A stretch of DNA of 60,957 nucleotides, counting the filler. It is 5 parts of 5 records of this genome, joined end to end, with 100 filler letters (N's around TTAATTAATTAA, not from the genome) between each part and the next. Parts side by side here need not be neighbours in the genome. Positions count along the whole stretch, not along the records: positions 21,088 to 41,105 come from SRR31156797_1547; positions 41,206 to 54,033 come from SRR31156797_1560; 3 more parts are not named here. One strand, given 5' to 3'. This document shows, in pieces, positions 40,892 to 48,839 of the stretch (the first letter of the stretch is position 1; each line of letters starts with the position of its first letter). Under the pieces are notes generated by a model. The model was not told where the DNA came from. It saw only the letters and a list, made by a program, of their open reading frames with translations, and did not search any database. Made by a program: the position numbers and the translations under genes.

Positions 40892-41009
40892 TAAATTATA
40901 ATGGAGTTTTTATAAAAAGTGTTTGAAAAATTAATAAAAAAAACGGAAATAAGACTATTTTTTCATAAAATGCCAAAAAATTAAAGAAAAAACACAAATT
41001 ATCAAATGG

Positions 41010-41028
41010 AATGAAATGACTATTCATT
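41010..41028. promoter_or_regulatory. KdgR-like operator upstream of uxaC
   Basis: AATGAAATGACTATTCATT resembles the AATGAAAC-nn-TGTTTCATT KdgR box. Confidence 0.4.
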
Positions 41029-41076
41029 GTATAAATATTATAAGAAAATAAATAGTGAGAATAAAGGAGTAAATAA

Positions 41077-41105
41077 ATGAAAAAATTTATGTGTGATGAT
41101 TTTTT
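41077..41105 (+). CDS. uxaC: N-terminus of uronate isomerase (partial)
   Basis: AAGGAG RBS, then MKKFMCDDF, the typical UxaC start. Confidence 0.7.
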
Positions 41106-41205
41106 NNNNNNNNNNNNNNNNNNNNNNNNNNNNNNNNNNNNNNNNNNNNTTAATTAATTAANNNNNNNNNNNNNNNNNNNNNNNNNNNNNNNNNNNNNNN
41201 NNNNN
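41106..41205. other. Artificial contig linker
   Basis: 44 N + TTAATTAATTAA + 44 N. Confidence 0.98.
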
Positions 41206-41206
41206 A

Positions 41207-41749
41207 GTAAAAGCTGTTGCTGGATATGGAATAGGTTTTAGAGTTGAACAAATCATGCTTTTACCTGCACTTGGACTTAGTTCTGCTGTATTATCATTAG
41301 TTTCAAATAATTATGGTGCAAGAAAATATGATAGGGTTCAAGAGACTGTTAATAAAGCTTTAAAATATGGTTTTATAATAGCTACTTTTGGAATAGTTTT
41401 TTTATATATCTTTGGAAAAATGATTGTTTCACAGTTTGATTCTGACCCAATTGTAATTGGCTTTGGATATGACTATTTAGTAGTTGAAGTATTAATTTTC
41501 TATGCTTATGTAGTTCTATTTATCTGTGTGTCAACACTACAGGGAATTAAAAAACCTAAGATGATTTTATATATTGCTTTATATCGACAAATCATAGCTA
41601 AATATGCTATTGCTTATGTTCTTGTGATTTGGCTTGCCTTGGAGTATATTTACCTTTGGATGGGTGTATTAGTTATGATTTATTCTGCTGCAATCTTTGC
41701 ATATATTTATACGCAAAGATTATTAAAATATAAACTTCCTATTAAATAG
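41207..41749 (+). CDS. MATE family transporter, C-terminal part (partial)
   Basis: Open from the contig start: VKAVAGYGIGFRVEQIMLLP...NNYGARKYDRV. Confidence 0.85.
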   Translation, partial: VKAVAGYGIGFRVEQIMLLPALGLSSAVLSLVSNNYGARKYDRVQETVNKALKYGFIIATFGIVFLYIFGKMIVSQFDSDPIVIGFGYDYLVVEVLIFYAYVVLFICVSTLQGIKKPKMILYIALYRQIIAKYAIAYVLVIWLALEYIYLWMGVLVMIYSAAIFAYIYTQRLLKYKLPIK

Positions 41750-41766
41750 AAAGTTTATATTAATAG

Positions 41767-42120
41767 TTAAACTTGTTTTCCAATCCCTTTTGTTAAATGA
41801 AGAACAAAGGCTAAACCTTTTCTTGTCTCTTCATCTTTTAATAACTTAAGTAATCCAAATAAAGACGGTACTTCATTTTTCTTCATTTCCCTATTTGCAT
41901 ATCTAACAGCATTTTCTGTAACAAATCCTGCAGTTGCCAAGTTATCAATTGTTCCTACCATCTTATCAACCATTGGAGCAGTTGTCATTTCAATATTATC
42001 TGAAACAACTGCTAATAAATCAATAATATTATCAATTCTTCCTGTTTGAACTAACATTGCAAACTTTTCTTCAAGCTCTTGCATTTCTTTCGTTTTTAAA
42101 ACTTCTACTTTTTCACTCAT
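41767..42120 (-). CDS. DUF1641 domain protein
   Basis: C-terminal SLFGLLKLLKDEETRKGLAF...KGIGK; AGGAG RBS before the ATG at 42120; follows the SQR-like gene. Confidence 0.8.
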   Translation of the reverse strand: MSEKVEVLKTKEMQELEEKFAMLVQTGRIDNIIDLLAVVSDNIEMTTAPMVDKMVGTIDNLATAGFVTENAVRYANREMKKNEVPSLFGLLKLLKDEETRKGLAFVLHLTKGIGKQV

Positions 42121-42128
42121 AATTTCTC

Positions 42129-43319
42129 CTATACCATTCCTCGAGCTGCTGCCCAATAAATACCCATGTTAAAACCTTTTCTAACAAAACTACCTAATTT
42201 ACTACAAGGAGTAGGCTGTACATCCTCTTTATAGTCATACCACAAAGGCATACCACAAGATAATCCCATTTGAGCAATTGCAATAACTTTTCCATCATAA
42301 CTTTCAGTTGGATATCCATATCTTATTTCAGAAGCAATATTATCTGCAACTACATCTGTTTGATTATGTATTGTTCCACCTGCTTTAGAAACTGGTAAAT
42401 CAACAGTATCCCCTAAAGTATAAATATTATCATAGCCTTTAACTTTAAGAGTCTTTTTATCAGTTGGTAACCATCCCTCATCATCTACTGCTTCAGATAA
42501 GCCTGATTCTCTAATAAACTTAGTTGCAATAAAAGGAGGAGTTGACATTAATATATCAAACTCAATCTCTTCACCCTCTTCAGAATATGCAATTTTTTTA
42601 TCCGGGTCAACTTTATTTAATGTAAAACTAGTTTTATACTTTACACCTATACCATCAAATATTGTAGGTAAAACTTTTGATGTAGGTCCTTGTAAGAAAA
42701 GACCATCTGTAACTGCTTGAGCTACCTTAGGATAGGTATATACAATTTCTATATCATCTCTTAATCCCTGCTCTTTTAAATGGTCATGTAACATAATTGT
42801 AGTTTCAATAGGAGCAATACCACATTGGTGAGGAACATCAGGAGTTTTAGGGAAATTAACTGTTACTAAAACTCTTCCTTTTTTTAGTGCTGCAAACTTT
42901 TTAGCTAGCTTTTTTGCTCCATCATAAGAGTAAAACCAGTCTCCTCCCTCTTTTAATCCAGGGATTCTATCAACTGCTACTTCACAACCTGTTGCAAGAA
43001 TAACAAAATCATAATTATATACAGTTCCGCTTTTACCTTTTACATAATCATCATTAGTGTTTATCTCTACAGCTTCATCTACCAAGAACTTTACTTCAGG
43101 CATCAAAAGAGTTCTTTGTTCTCTTATGAACTCCTGCCCAGAAGCTTTATGAAAAGCCACATACATAGCACCAGGTCTATAATAGTGATATTTAGAATTT
43201 GAAATCATTGTTATTTCAATTTCATCTCTATCAATTTCATGCATCAATTTTTTTGCTAAATTATTTGCTGTCATAGTACCAGCTGTACCACCACCAACAA
43301 TAAGAATTTTTTTCTTCAT
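42129..43319 (-). CDS. sqr: Sulfide:quinone oxidoreductase-like FAD oxidoreductase (type III-like)
   Basis: GGGTAG, ILATG, CGIAPIE, LGD and SKAG; AAGGAG RBS before the ATG at 43319; paired with DUF1641. Confidence 0.75.
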   Translation of the reverse strand: MKKKILIVGGGTAGTMTANNLAKKLMHEIDRDEIEITMISNSKYHYYRPGAMYVAFHKASGQEFIREQRTLLMPEVKFLVDEAVEINTNDDYVKGKSGTVYNYDFVILATGCEVAVDRIPGLKEGGDWFYSYDGAKKLAKKFAALKKGRVLVTVNFPKTPDVPHQCGIAPIETTIMLHDHLKEQGLRDDIEIVYTYPKVAQAVTDGLFLQGPTSKVLPTIFDGIGVKYKTSFTLNKVDPDKKIAYSEEGEEIEFDILMSTPPFIATKFIRESGLSEAVDDEGWLPTDKKTLKVKGYDNIYTLGDTVDLPVSKAGGTIHNQTDVVADNIASEIRYGYPTESYDGKVIAIAQMGLSCGMPLWYDYKEDVQPTPCSKLGSFVRKGFNMGIYWAAARGMV

Positions 43320-43395
43320 TGAAACTCCTTTTATAGGAAAGTCTAACAAAAGAAGAGAAGAAAAGAATAAGAGAAGTATAAGATTAATATAAGAT

Positions 43396-44079
43396 TTATA
43401 CTAAAGAGAGTTTGTACCCAAAGCCTTTAATGTTTTCTATTGAATCTTTATAAAGTTTTTTTCTTAGACTTGAAACTACCATTCTAATAGCATCATTTGT
43501 TGCCGGTTCTTCCCACACTACATTTTCAATTTGCTCTAAACTTACAATGCTATTCTTATTTTCATATAAAAACTCAAATAATAATGACTCTTTTTTTGTT
43601 AAGTTTGTCTTCGAATTTTCATTAATTATAATTTTTTGCACAAAGTCATATATATAATCATTTTTTAGTTTTATTCTATTAGCTAATTTAGGTTTATCTT
43701 TTACACTTAAAGATATAGAAACTAATAATTCATCTATGTCAATTGGCTTTTTAAAATAGAAGTTTACTTCTGCATCAATTGCTCTATTTAAGTAAATTTG
43801 ATTATTAAAAGCCGTCATAACTATTCGAATACAGTGTGGATTAACAGTAGCAATTTTTTGTAAAAAATGTAATCCATCAACCTCTGGAATTTGAATATCT
43901 GCTATTACAACATCTATTTTCTCTTTATTAAATATCTCAAGGGCATCCATTGCATTATTTGCAACTTTTACATCTTTAAAATAGATTTGAAGTATTCTTT
44001 CTAACCACTTTAAAGTACTTTCATCATCTTCCACAATTAGTAAAGTTAAAGGTTGTAGTTTAATATGTAATTTTTCCAT
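43396..44079 (-). CDS. OmpR-type response regulator
   Basis: VEDD, DIQIP and KP; wHTH ...VSSLRKKL...IKGFGY. Confidence 0.9.
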   Translation of the reverse strand: MEKLHIKLQPLTLLIVEDDESTLKWLERILQIYFKDVKVANNAMDALEIFNKEKIDVVIADIQIPEVDGLHFLQKIATVNPHCIRIVMTAFNNQIYLNRAIDAEVNFYFKKPIDIDELLVSISLSVKDKPKLANRIKLKNDYIYDFVQKIIINENSKTNLTKKESLLFEFLYENKNSIVSLEQIENVVWEEPATNDAIRMVVSSLRKKLYKDSIENIKGFGYKLSLV

Positions 44080-45517
44080 TATTTATGTGCTCTTCTGATT
44101 TTAAAGAAATAGTAAATACTGCACCACTTTGACTATTTCTAACAGATAGAGTTCCTTTCATATTTTTCTCAATAATCATTTTTGACATATATAATCCTAT
44201 GCCATTTCCATCTTTTTTTGTAGTAAAATAAGGTTTGAATATTTCTTGTAAGTTTTTTTTAGAGATTCCACCAGCATTATCTAAAATACTAAGTTCAATA
44301 AACTCTTCATTTTGTATAAGGTCTATATTAACAAAACCATTATGTTGTTTTTTAGAAACAATCACACCAATAGAGTTATCTATTATATTTAATAAAGCTT
44401 GTCTAAACTCATTTTCTAAACCATAAAACTCTAAATTAACACCATCTTCAATATTTATATTAAGAGTAATATTTTCATTCTTTAACTGTATATCTACTAA
44501 CTTAATAGTATCTTTTACACTATTTAATATATTAAAATATTTTTTTTCTTTAGAGGTTTTAAAGAAATTACTAAAATCATCAATAGTTTCAGACATATAG
44601 TTTATTTTTTCAATCATTTCATTTTCAATCTCATTTAATAAATCAAAGTCAAAACTTTCACTATTTGATAAATGCCTTAGTCCTTGAATTATAATTCCTA
44701 GACTATTTAAAGGTTGTCTCCACTGATGAGCAATTGCTTCAATCATTTCACCCATAGAAGCTAATCTTGATTGATGACACATTATTTCATATTGTTGCGT
44801 TCTTTTTTTAACTTCTTGATTTATTCTTCTTTTTAAATCATCTTGATATTTTATATCTTCTGTTATATCTGAAGTAATCATTACTATTTCATTTGTACTT
44901 TTTATATAACTTAAAGACATACTAGCATTAATTTCTTTTCCTGATTTAGTTACACATATTTTTCTAAATCTTTCAACGATACCTTCTTCTATTGCTTTTT
45001 GTACTGCTGTTTTACTAGGTTCTGCATATTCAGGAGAAGATAAAGAGATACATGACTCAGAATATAATTCTTCCATTGTATACTCCATCATTGTCTGAAA
45101 AAACTTATTAGCATAAAGAAACATACCTTCTTTATTCAAAATTGATATTCCATTTCCTGCTAAATCAAAAACAGCTCGTAGTTCTTCTTTTTTTGATCTT
45201 AAATCCCTAAGACTTTTCTTTAACTGTAAGTGCATATTTCTATATTTAGTAACATCTTTGAAGTAATAAATTTCATTACTGCAAGAAACTTCATAATCTT
45301 TTTTATTCCAATAAATAATTAAACTATCAATTTTTTTTAACTTTAATAACATCAACTTGTTATAAGTAACTTTACTAAAATGTTCACTTAATTTAGTATT
45401 ATTAATCTCACGAGAGAGTTCACCATAAGAGTTTATTATCATATTATCTTGGACAATCAATACTATTGTTTGAGGAAGATTATTTAGTATTTTTAAGTAT
45501 AAAGGTTCATTTTCCAT
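44060..45517 (-). CDS. Cytoplasmic PAS histidine kinase
   Basis: PAS (YANK..MMEYT.EEL), IAHQWRQPL H-box, DNAGG and GNGIGLY; no TM segment. Confidence 0.9.
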   Translation of the reverse strand: MENEPLYLKILNNLPQTIVLIVQDNMIINSYGELSREINNTKLSEHFSKVTYNKLMLLKLKKIDSLIIYWNKKDYEVSCSNEIYYFKDVTKYRNMHLQLKKSLRDLRSKKEELRAVFDLAGNGISILNKEGMFLYANKFFQTMMEYTMEELYSESCISLSSPEYAEPSKTAVQKAIEEGIVERFRKICVTKSGKEINASMSLSYIKSTNEIVMITSDITEDIKYQDDLKRRINQEVKKRTQQYEIMCHQSRLASMGEMIEAIAHQWRQPLNSLGIIIQGLRHLSNSESFDFDLLNEIENEMIEKINYMSETIDDFSNFFKTSKEKKYFNILNSVKDTIKLVDIQLKNENITLNINIEDGVNLEFYGLENEFRQALLNIIDNSIGVIVSKKQHNGFVNIDLIQNEEFIELSILDNAGGISKKNLQEIFKPYFTTKKDGNGIGLYMSKMIIEKNMKGTLSVRNSQSGAVFTISLKSEEHINNGKITY

Positions 45518-45558
45518 AAGTAATAATAACTATCTTATAGATTAAAGTTTTATAAATG

Positions 45559-46266
45559 TTACTTATATTGATTAAAGAAAAAAACTCCGTTACTATTTAA
45601 CTCAGAAAGAGGTTCTATTAAAGCTTCTTTTGCTTCTTTAAAGTCTATATCATTTTCCTTGCATAGTTTCTTTAAAGTATTTCCTATAGTCTGCTTTTTA
45701 TTTAAGCTTTTTAACAAGTAGTAAATAATTGGATTTATCTCTCTATAGACTATATCATCTGTATCAAAATCATAGTATATAACTAAAAAGTTTTCTCTTT
45801 TTGAAGTGAAATCTTTATTTATCAAATCATATTTAAATCTTTTGATTCTAGCACTTTTACTTAATTTATAACTGTTTTTATAAGAGAACTTCTTCTTTTT
45901 TTTCTCTTTATACTCTTTCATATAAAGTTCTATTTCTATCCAATCATAATAAAGAAGTTCATAGATATATTTTTTATCATCAAAAAGTTTGTTTTTCTTT
46001 ACAAACTTTCTATAGTCATTTGCCATTTGCCATACAAAAGGAGTCTCTGGTGTATCTTTCATAAAAGCTTTTATTGAAGATACTAAAGTTTCTTCCTTTA
46101 CTAAATCAATAAAAAGAGGAAAAGAGTTTTTTATAACTTCATGGTATCTCATATAAACAAGCTTTTGATAAACAGCTACTGAAGAGTTTTCTACCTCATC
46201 AGTTTGAGTTAAAAGGTTATCTAAGAACCTTTCTTGAATATCTTTTTCTAGTATCTTCTTAGGCAT
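45559..46266 (-). CDS. hvfC: HvfC/BufC-type MNIO partner (DUF2063)
   Basis: VYQKLVY..Y..VIKNSFP, TP and ELLYYDWIEIEL; overlaps the DUF692 stop codon. Confidence 0.8.
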   Translation of the reverse strand: MPKKILEKDIQERFLDNLLTQTDEVENSSVAVYQKLVYMRYHEVIKNSFPLFIDLVKEETLVSSIKAFMKDTPETPFVWQMANDYRKFVKKNKLFDDKKYIYELLYYDWIEIELYMKEYKEKKKKKFSYKNSYKLSKSARIKRFKYDLINKDFTSKRENFLVIYYDFDTDDIVYREINPIIYYLLKSLNKKQTIGNTLKKLCKENDIDFKEAKEALIEPLSELNSNGVFFFNQYK

Positions 46267-47080
46267 TTTGTGTCTTTCTCACTATATCACTCATTTGAAT
46301 ATACTCTTTTTCTAACTCACTTAATGGAGGGATATTATTATCTCTTTCTATCATAACAGGAGCGCGGACTTGTTTTAAAGTATATTCTAAAAGCTTCCAT
46401 GCACCACTTGCAATTGGCATACCATGAGAATCTATTTTTAAACCCAGTTCTTCATCATTATAATGGCCTGCCATATGCATATATGCAATTTTACTTTTAT
46501 CAATTTCGTCAATAAATTTTCTAGCTTTAAAAGAGTGATTTACAGAGTTTACAAATACATTGTTTACATCAAGAAGCATTTTAGCACCAGACTTTTCTAA
46601 AACCTCGTTTATAAAATCAACTTCTCGCATCTCTGCATAAGGAACATAATAGTAAGTTGCATTTTCAAGAATCAAGTTTCTTTGAATAATATCCTCAACT
46701 TCTTTTACTCTATCACTAATGATTTGAACCATTTTTTTAGTCATTGGAACAGGTAATAATTCATAAGATTGCTTACCATTCATAGAAGAGAAAGAAAGAT
46801 GTTCAGAATAATATTCTATTTCATATCTATCTAGAAAAGTTTTCATCTGTTTGATGAATTTTTTATTTAATCCATCAACAGATCCAATAGACAAAGATAA
46901 ACCGTGTGCGACTGTTGGTCTCGAAAATACAGCTTCTTCAAAAGCCTTTTCATAAACCTTAGGCATATGCATCCAGTTTTCAGGAGTAACTTCCCACCAA
47001 TCTGGTTGGAAATCACTACTTTCAACATCTAGTAAAAAGTCACTTCTTAGGCCTAAGCCGCACCCTTTAATGTTTATCAT
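46259..47080 (-). CDS. hvfB: Multinuclear non-heme iron oxidative enzyme (MNIO, DUF692; HvfB/BufB-like)
   Basis: GLGLR, EVTPENW, HGLSLSIG, SEHLSF, LEN, LLDVNN, HMAGH, IDSHG and ERD. Confidence 0.93.
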   Translation of the reverse strand: MINIKGCGLGLRSDFLLDVESSDFQPDWWEVTPENWMHMPKVYEKAFEEAVFSRPTVAHGLSLSIGSVDGLNKKFIKQMKTFLDRYEIEYYSEHLSFSSMNGKQSYELLPVPMTKKMVQIISDRVKEVEDIIQRNLILENATYYYVPYAEMREVDFINEVLEKSGAKMLLDVNNVFVNSVNHSFKARKFIDEIDKSKIAYMHMAGHYNDEELGLKIDSHGMPIASGAWKLLEYTLKQVRAPVMIERDNNIPPLSELEKEYIQMSDIVRKTQNA

Positions 47081-47098
47081 TTACTTGTCTTCACCATT

Positions 47099-47428
47099 TC
47101 ACCCGCACTTACCAGCGCCACAAGAACCTTTAACTTTTTGTTTAGCTTCTTTTTTCATCATGTTTTGCTGTTTCATTTCTTGGCCTTTGTCGTTTGCACC
47201 ACATTTACCAGCTCCACAAGCTCCAGAAGCTTTTTTACCTGCATTACCTGACATTTCATCATTTGAACCGCATTTACCAGCTCCGCAAGCACCCTTTTTT
47301 TCCATTTTTTTAGCTTCACCACCACATTTTCCAGCTCCACAAGAACCATTACCTGCGTATGCTCCTGTACTTGATAGTGCTGCACCTAAAAGTACACCAG
47401 CTAATTTTAATTTTGCTTTATTTTTCAT
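47099..47428 (-). CDS. hvfA: Secreted Cys-repeat RiPP precursor (HvfA-like)
   Basis: Sec-type signal peptide ending AYA; four G[SA]CGAGKCG repeats (8 Cys); immediately upstream of the MNIO. Confidence 0.88.
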   Translation of the reverse strand: MKNKAKLKLAGVLLGAALSSTGAYAGNGSCGAGKCGGEAKKMEKKGACGAGKCGSNDEMSGNAGKKASGACGAGKCGANDKGQEMKQQNMMKKEAKQKVKGSCGAGKCG

Positions 47429-47494
47429 CTTTATCCCCTTTTTTAGTATAATGATTATATTTACTTATTTTTAAAATTACTTAAAAGTATAAAA

Positions 47495-48073
47495 TTATTT
47501 CTCAACAGCTTGAACTTCAACAATTAGTTTTACAGTTTCACTAACTGCAACCCCACCAAACTCTAAAGCTTTGTTCCATTTTAGTCCAAAGTCCATTCTA
47601 TTTACTTTACCCTCTAATGTAAACCCTACTCTATTGTTTCCATCAAAATCTTTTACTGTAGCAATATCTTCAACATCAAGTTCTACTTCTTTTGTAATCC
47701 CTCTCATTGTAAGATCACCAACCATTACACCTTCATCTCCATCTTTTTTATAAGACTTCATTTTAAATGTAATCTCTGGATATTTTTCAGCTGCAAAAAA
47801 GTCATCACTTCTTAAGTGATTATCTCTTTTTACAATACCAGTATCAATTGATGTTGCTTTAATTTTTGCTTCTAAAGCATTAAAAGTTTTTGTATCATGG
47901 TCAAAATCAATCTTTCCATCATAATCAGTAAAATTACCTTTTACATTTGTAATCATTAAGTGTTTTACTGAAAAACCTACATCAGAGTGAACCTTATCAA
48001 GTGTATGAGGTGTTGCATTTGCAAGTGAAAGTGCAAGTGCCGATGATAATAAGATTTTTGTTAATGACTTCAT
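47495..48073 (-). CDS. yceI: YceI family periplasmic lipid/polyisoprenoid-binding protein
   Basis: HSDVGFSVKHLMI, RDNHLRSDDFF, GDLTMRG and RMDFG; signal peptide. Confidence 0.93.
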   Translation of the reverse strand: MKSLTKILLSSALALSLANATPHTLDKVHSDVGFSVKHLMITNVKGNFTDYDGKIDFDHDTKTFNALEAKIKATSIDTGIVKRDNHLRSDDFFAAEKYPEITFKMKSYKKDGDEGVMVGDLTMRGITKEVELDVEDIATVKDFDGNNRVGFTLEGKVNRMDFGLKWNKALEFGGVAVSETVKLIVEVQAVEK

Positions 48074-48117
48074 GTTAGTCTCCTTTTTTAATATCTTCTG
48101 AAATTTTAATAAAGTTT

Positions 48118-48146
48118 TGTTAAGTTATTGTGTAGCACCTGTGTAG
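48118..48146. promoter_or_regulatory. 11-bp-period direct repeats (OmpR-family box)
   Basis: TGTTAAG (48118), TGTGTAG (48129) and TGTGTAG (48140) in the divergent yceI/RR promoter. Confidence 0.6.
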
Positions 48147-48179
48147 ATTTATTTTTTCAATGTATGATATACTTTGCTT

Positions 48180-48839
48180 ATGAAAATTTTACTACTAGAA
48201 GATGATTTAATATTAAATGAAATAATCGAAGAGTTCTTACAAGATTTAGGATATGACGTTACTTGCGTCTATGATGGGATGAAAGCAAGTGAGATTATGT
48301 ATGATGAACAATTTGATTTATTAATACTTGATGTTAATGTACCAAGTATTACAGGCTTTGACTTTCTAAAAAGTTTAAGGGATGAGTCTATTACTACTCC
48401 TGCTATTTTTATTACCTCTTTAAACTCTATTGAGGATATTGAAGAAGGCTTTAATGTAGGAGCTGATGATTATTTAAAAAAGCCATTTGAACTAAAAGAG
48501 CTTGAACTTAGAATAAACAATATTAAAAGACTTCTTCATCTTGATTCAGATGAGTTAGTTATTGGAGAAGGTATTAATTTTAATACAAAACTAAACTATA
48601 TTGATTATGATGGAATTAAAACAAAATTACCACTAAAAGAAGCACAAGTTTTGAAATACCTATTAAAAAATACTAATAGATGTGTTTCGCAAGATGAATT
48701 ATCATCAAATATCTGGTCATATGAGTCTGCACCTACATCTTCAACTATAAGAACATATATAAAAAATATAAGAAAGATTGTAGGAGAAGAGTATATTGAG
48801 ACAATAAAAGGGGTTGGTTATAGATTTAACAAGAAATGA
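48180..48839 (+). CDS. OmpR-type response regulator (CrdR/DccR-like)
   Basis: KILLLEDD, LDVNVP, DYLKKPFEL, TIRTYIK and KGVGYRF. Confidence 0.9.
   Translation: MKILLLEDDLILNEIIEEFLQDLGYDVTCVYDGMKASEIMYDEQFDLLILDVNVPSITGFDFLKSLRDESITTPAIFITSLNSIEDIEEGFNVGADDYLKKPFELKELELRINNIKRLLHLDSDELVIGEGINFNTKLNYIDYDGIKTKLPLKEAQVLKYLLKNTNRCVSQDELSSNIWSYESAPTSSTIRTYIKNIRKIVGEEYIETIKGVGYRFNKK

Noticed and set aside
43350-43397. AGAAG / ATAAGATT periodic repeats upstream of sqr as an RR box
   Set aside because: Low complexity, and periodic AT tracts are normal in Campylobacterota promoters.
47102-47347. 27-bp repeats as a possible CRISPR array
   Set aside because: Repeats vary at synonymous positions, spacers are unequal multiples of 3, and there are no cas genes. 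They are coding repeats.
47070-47474. Plus-strand 134 aa ORF with PHLPAPQ repeats, and the 70 aa alternative-frame ORF at 47173-47385
   Set aside because: Shadows of the repeat-rich precursor, which has the signal peptide, RBS and operon context.
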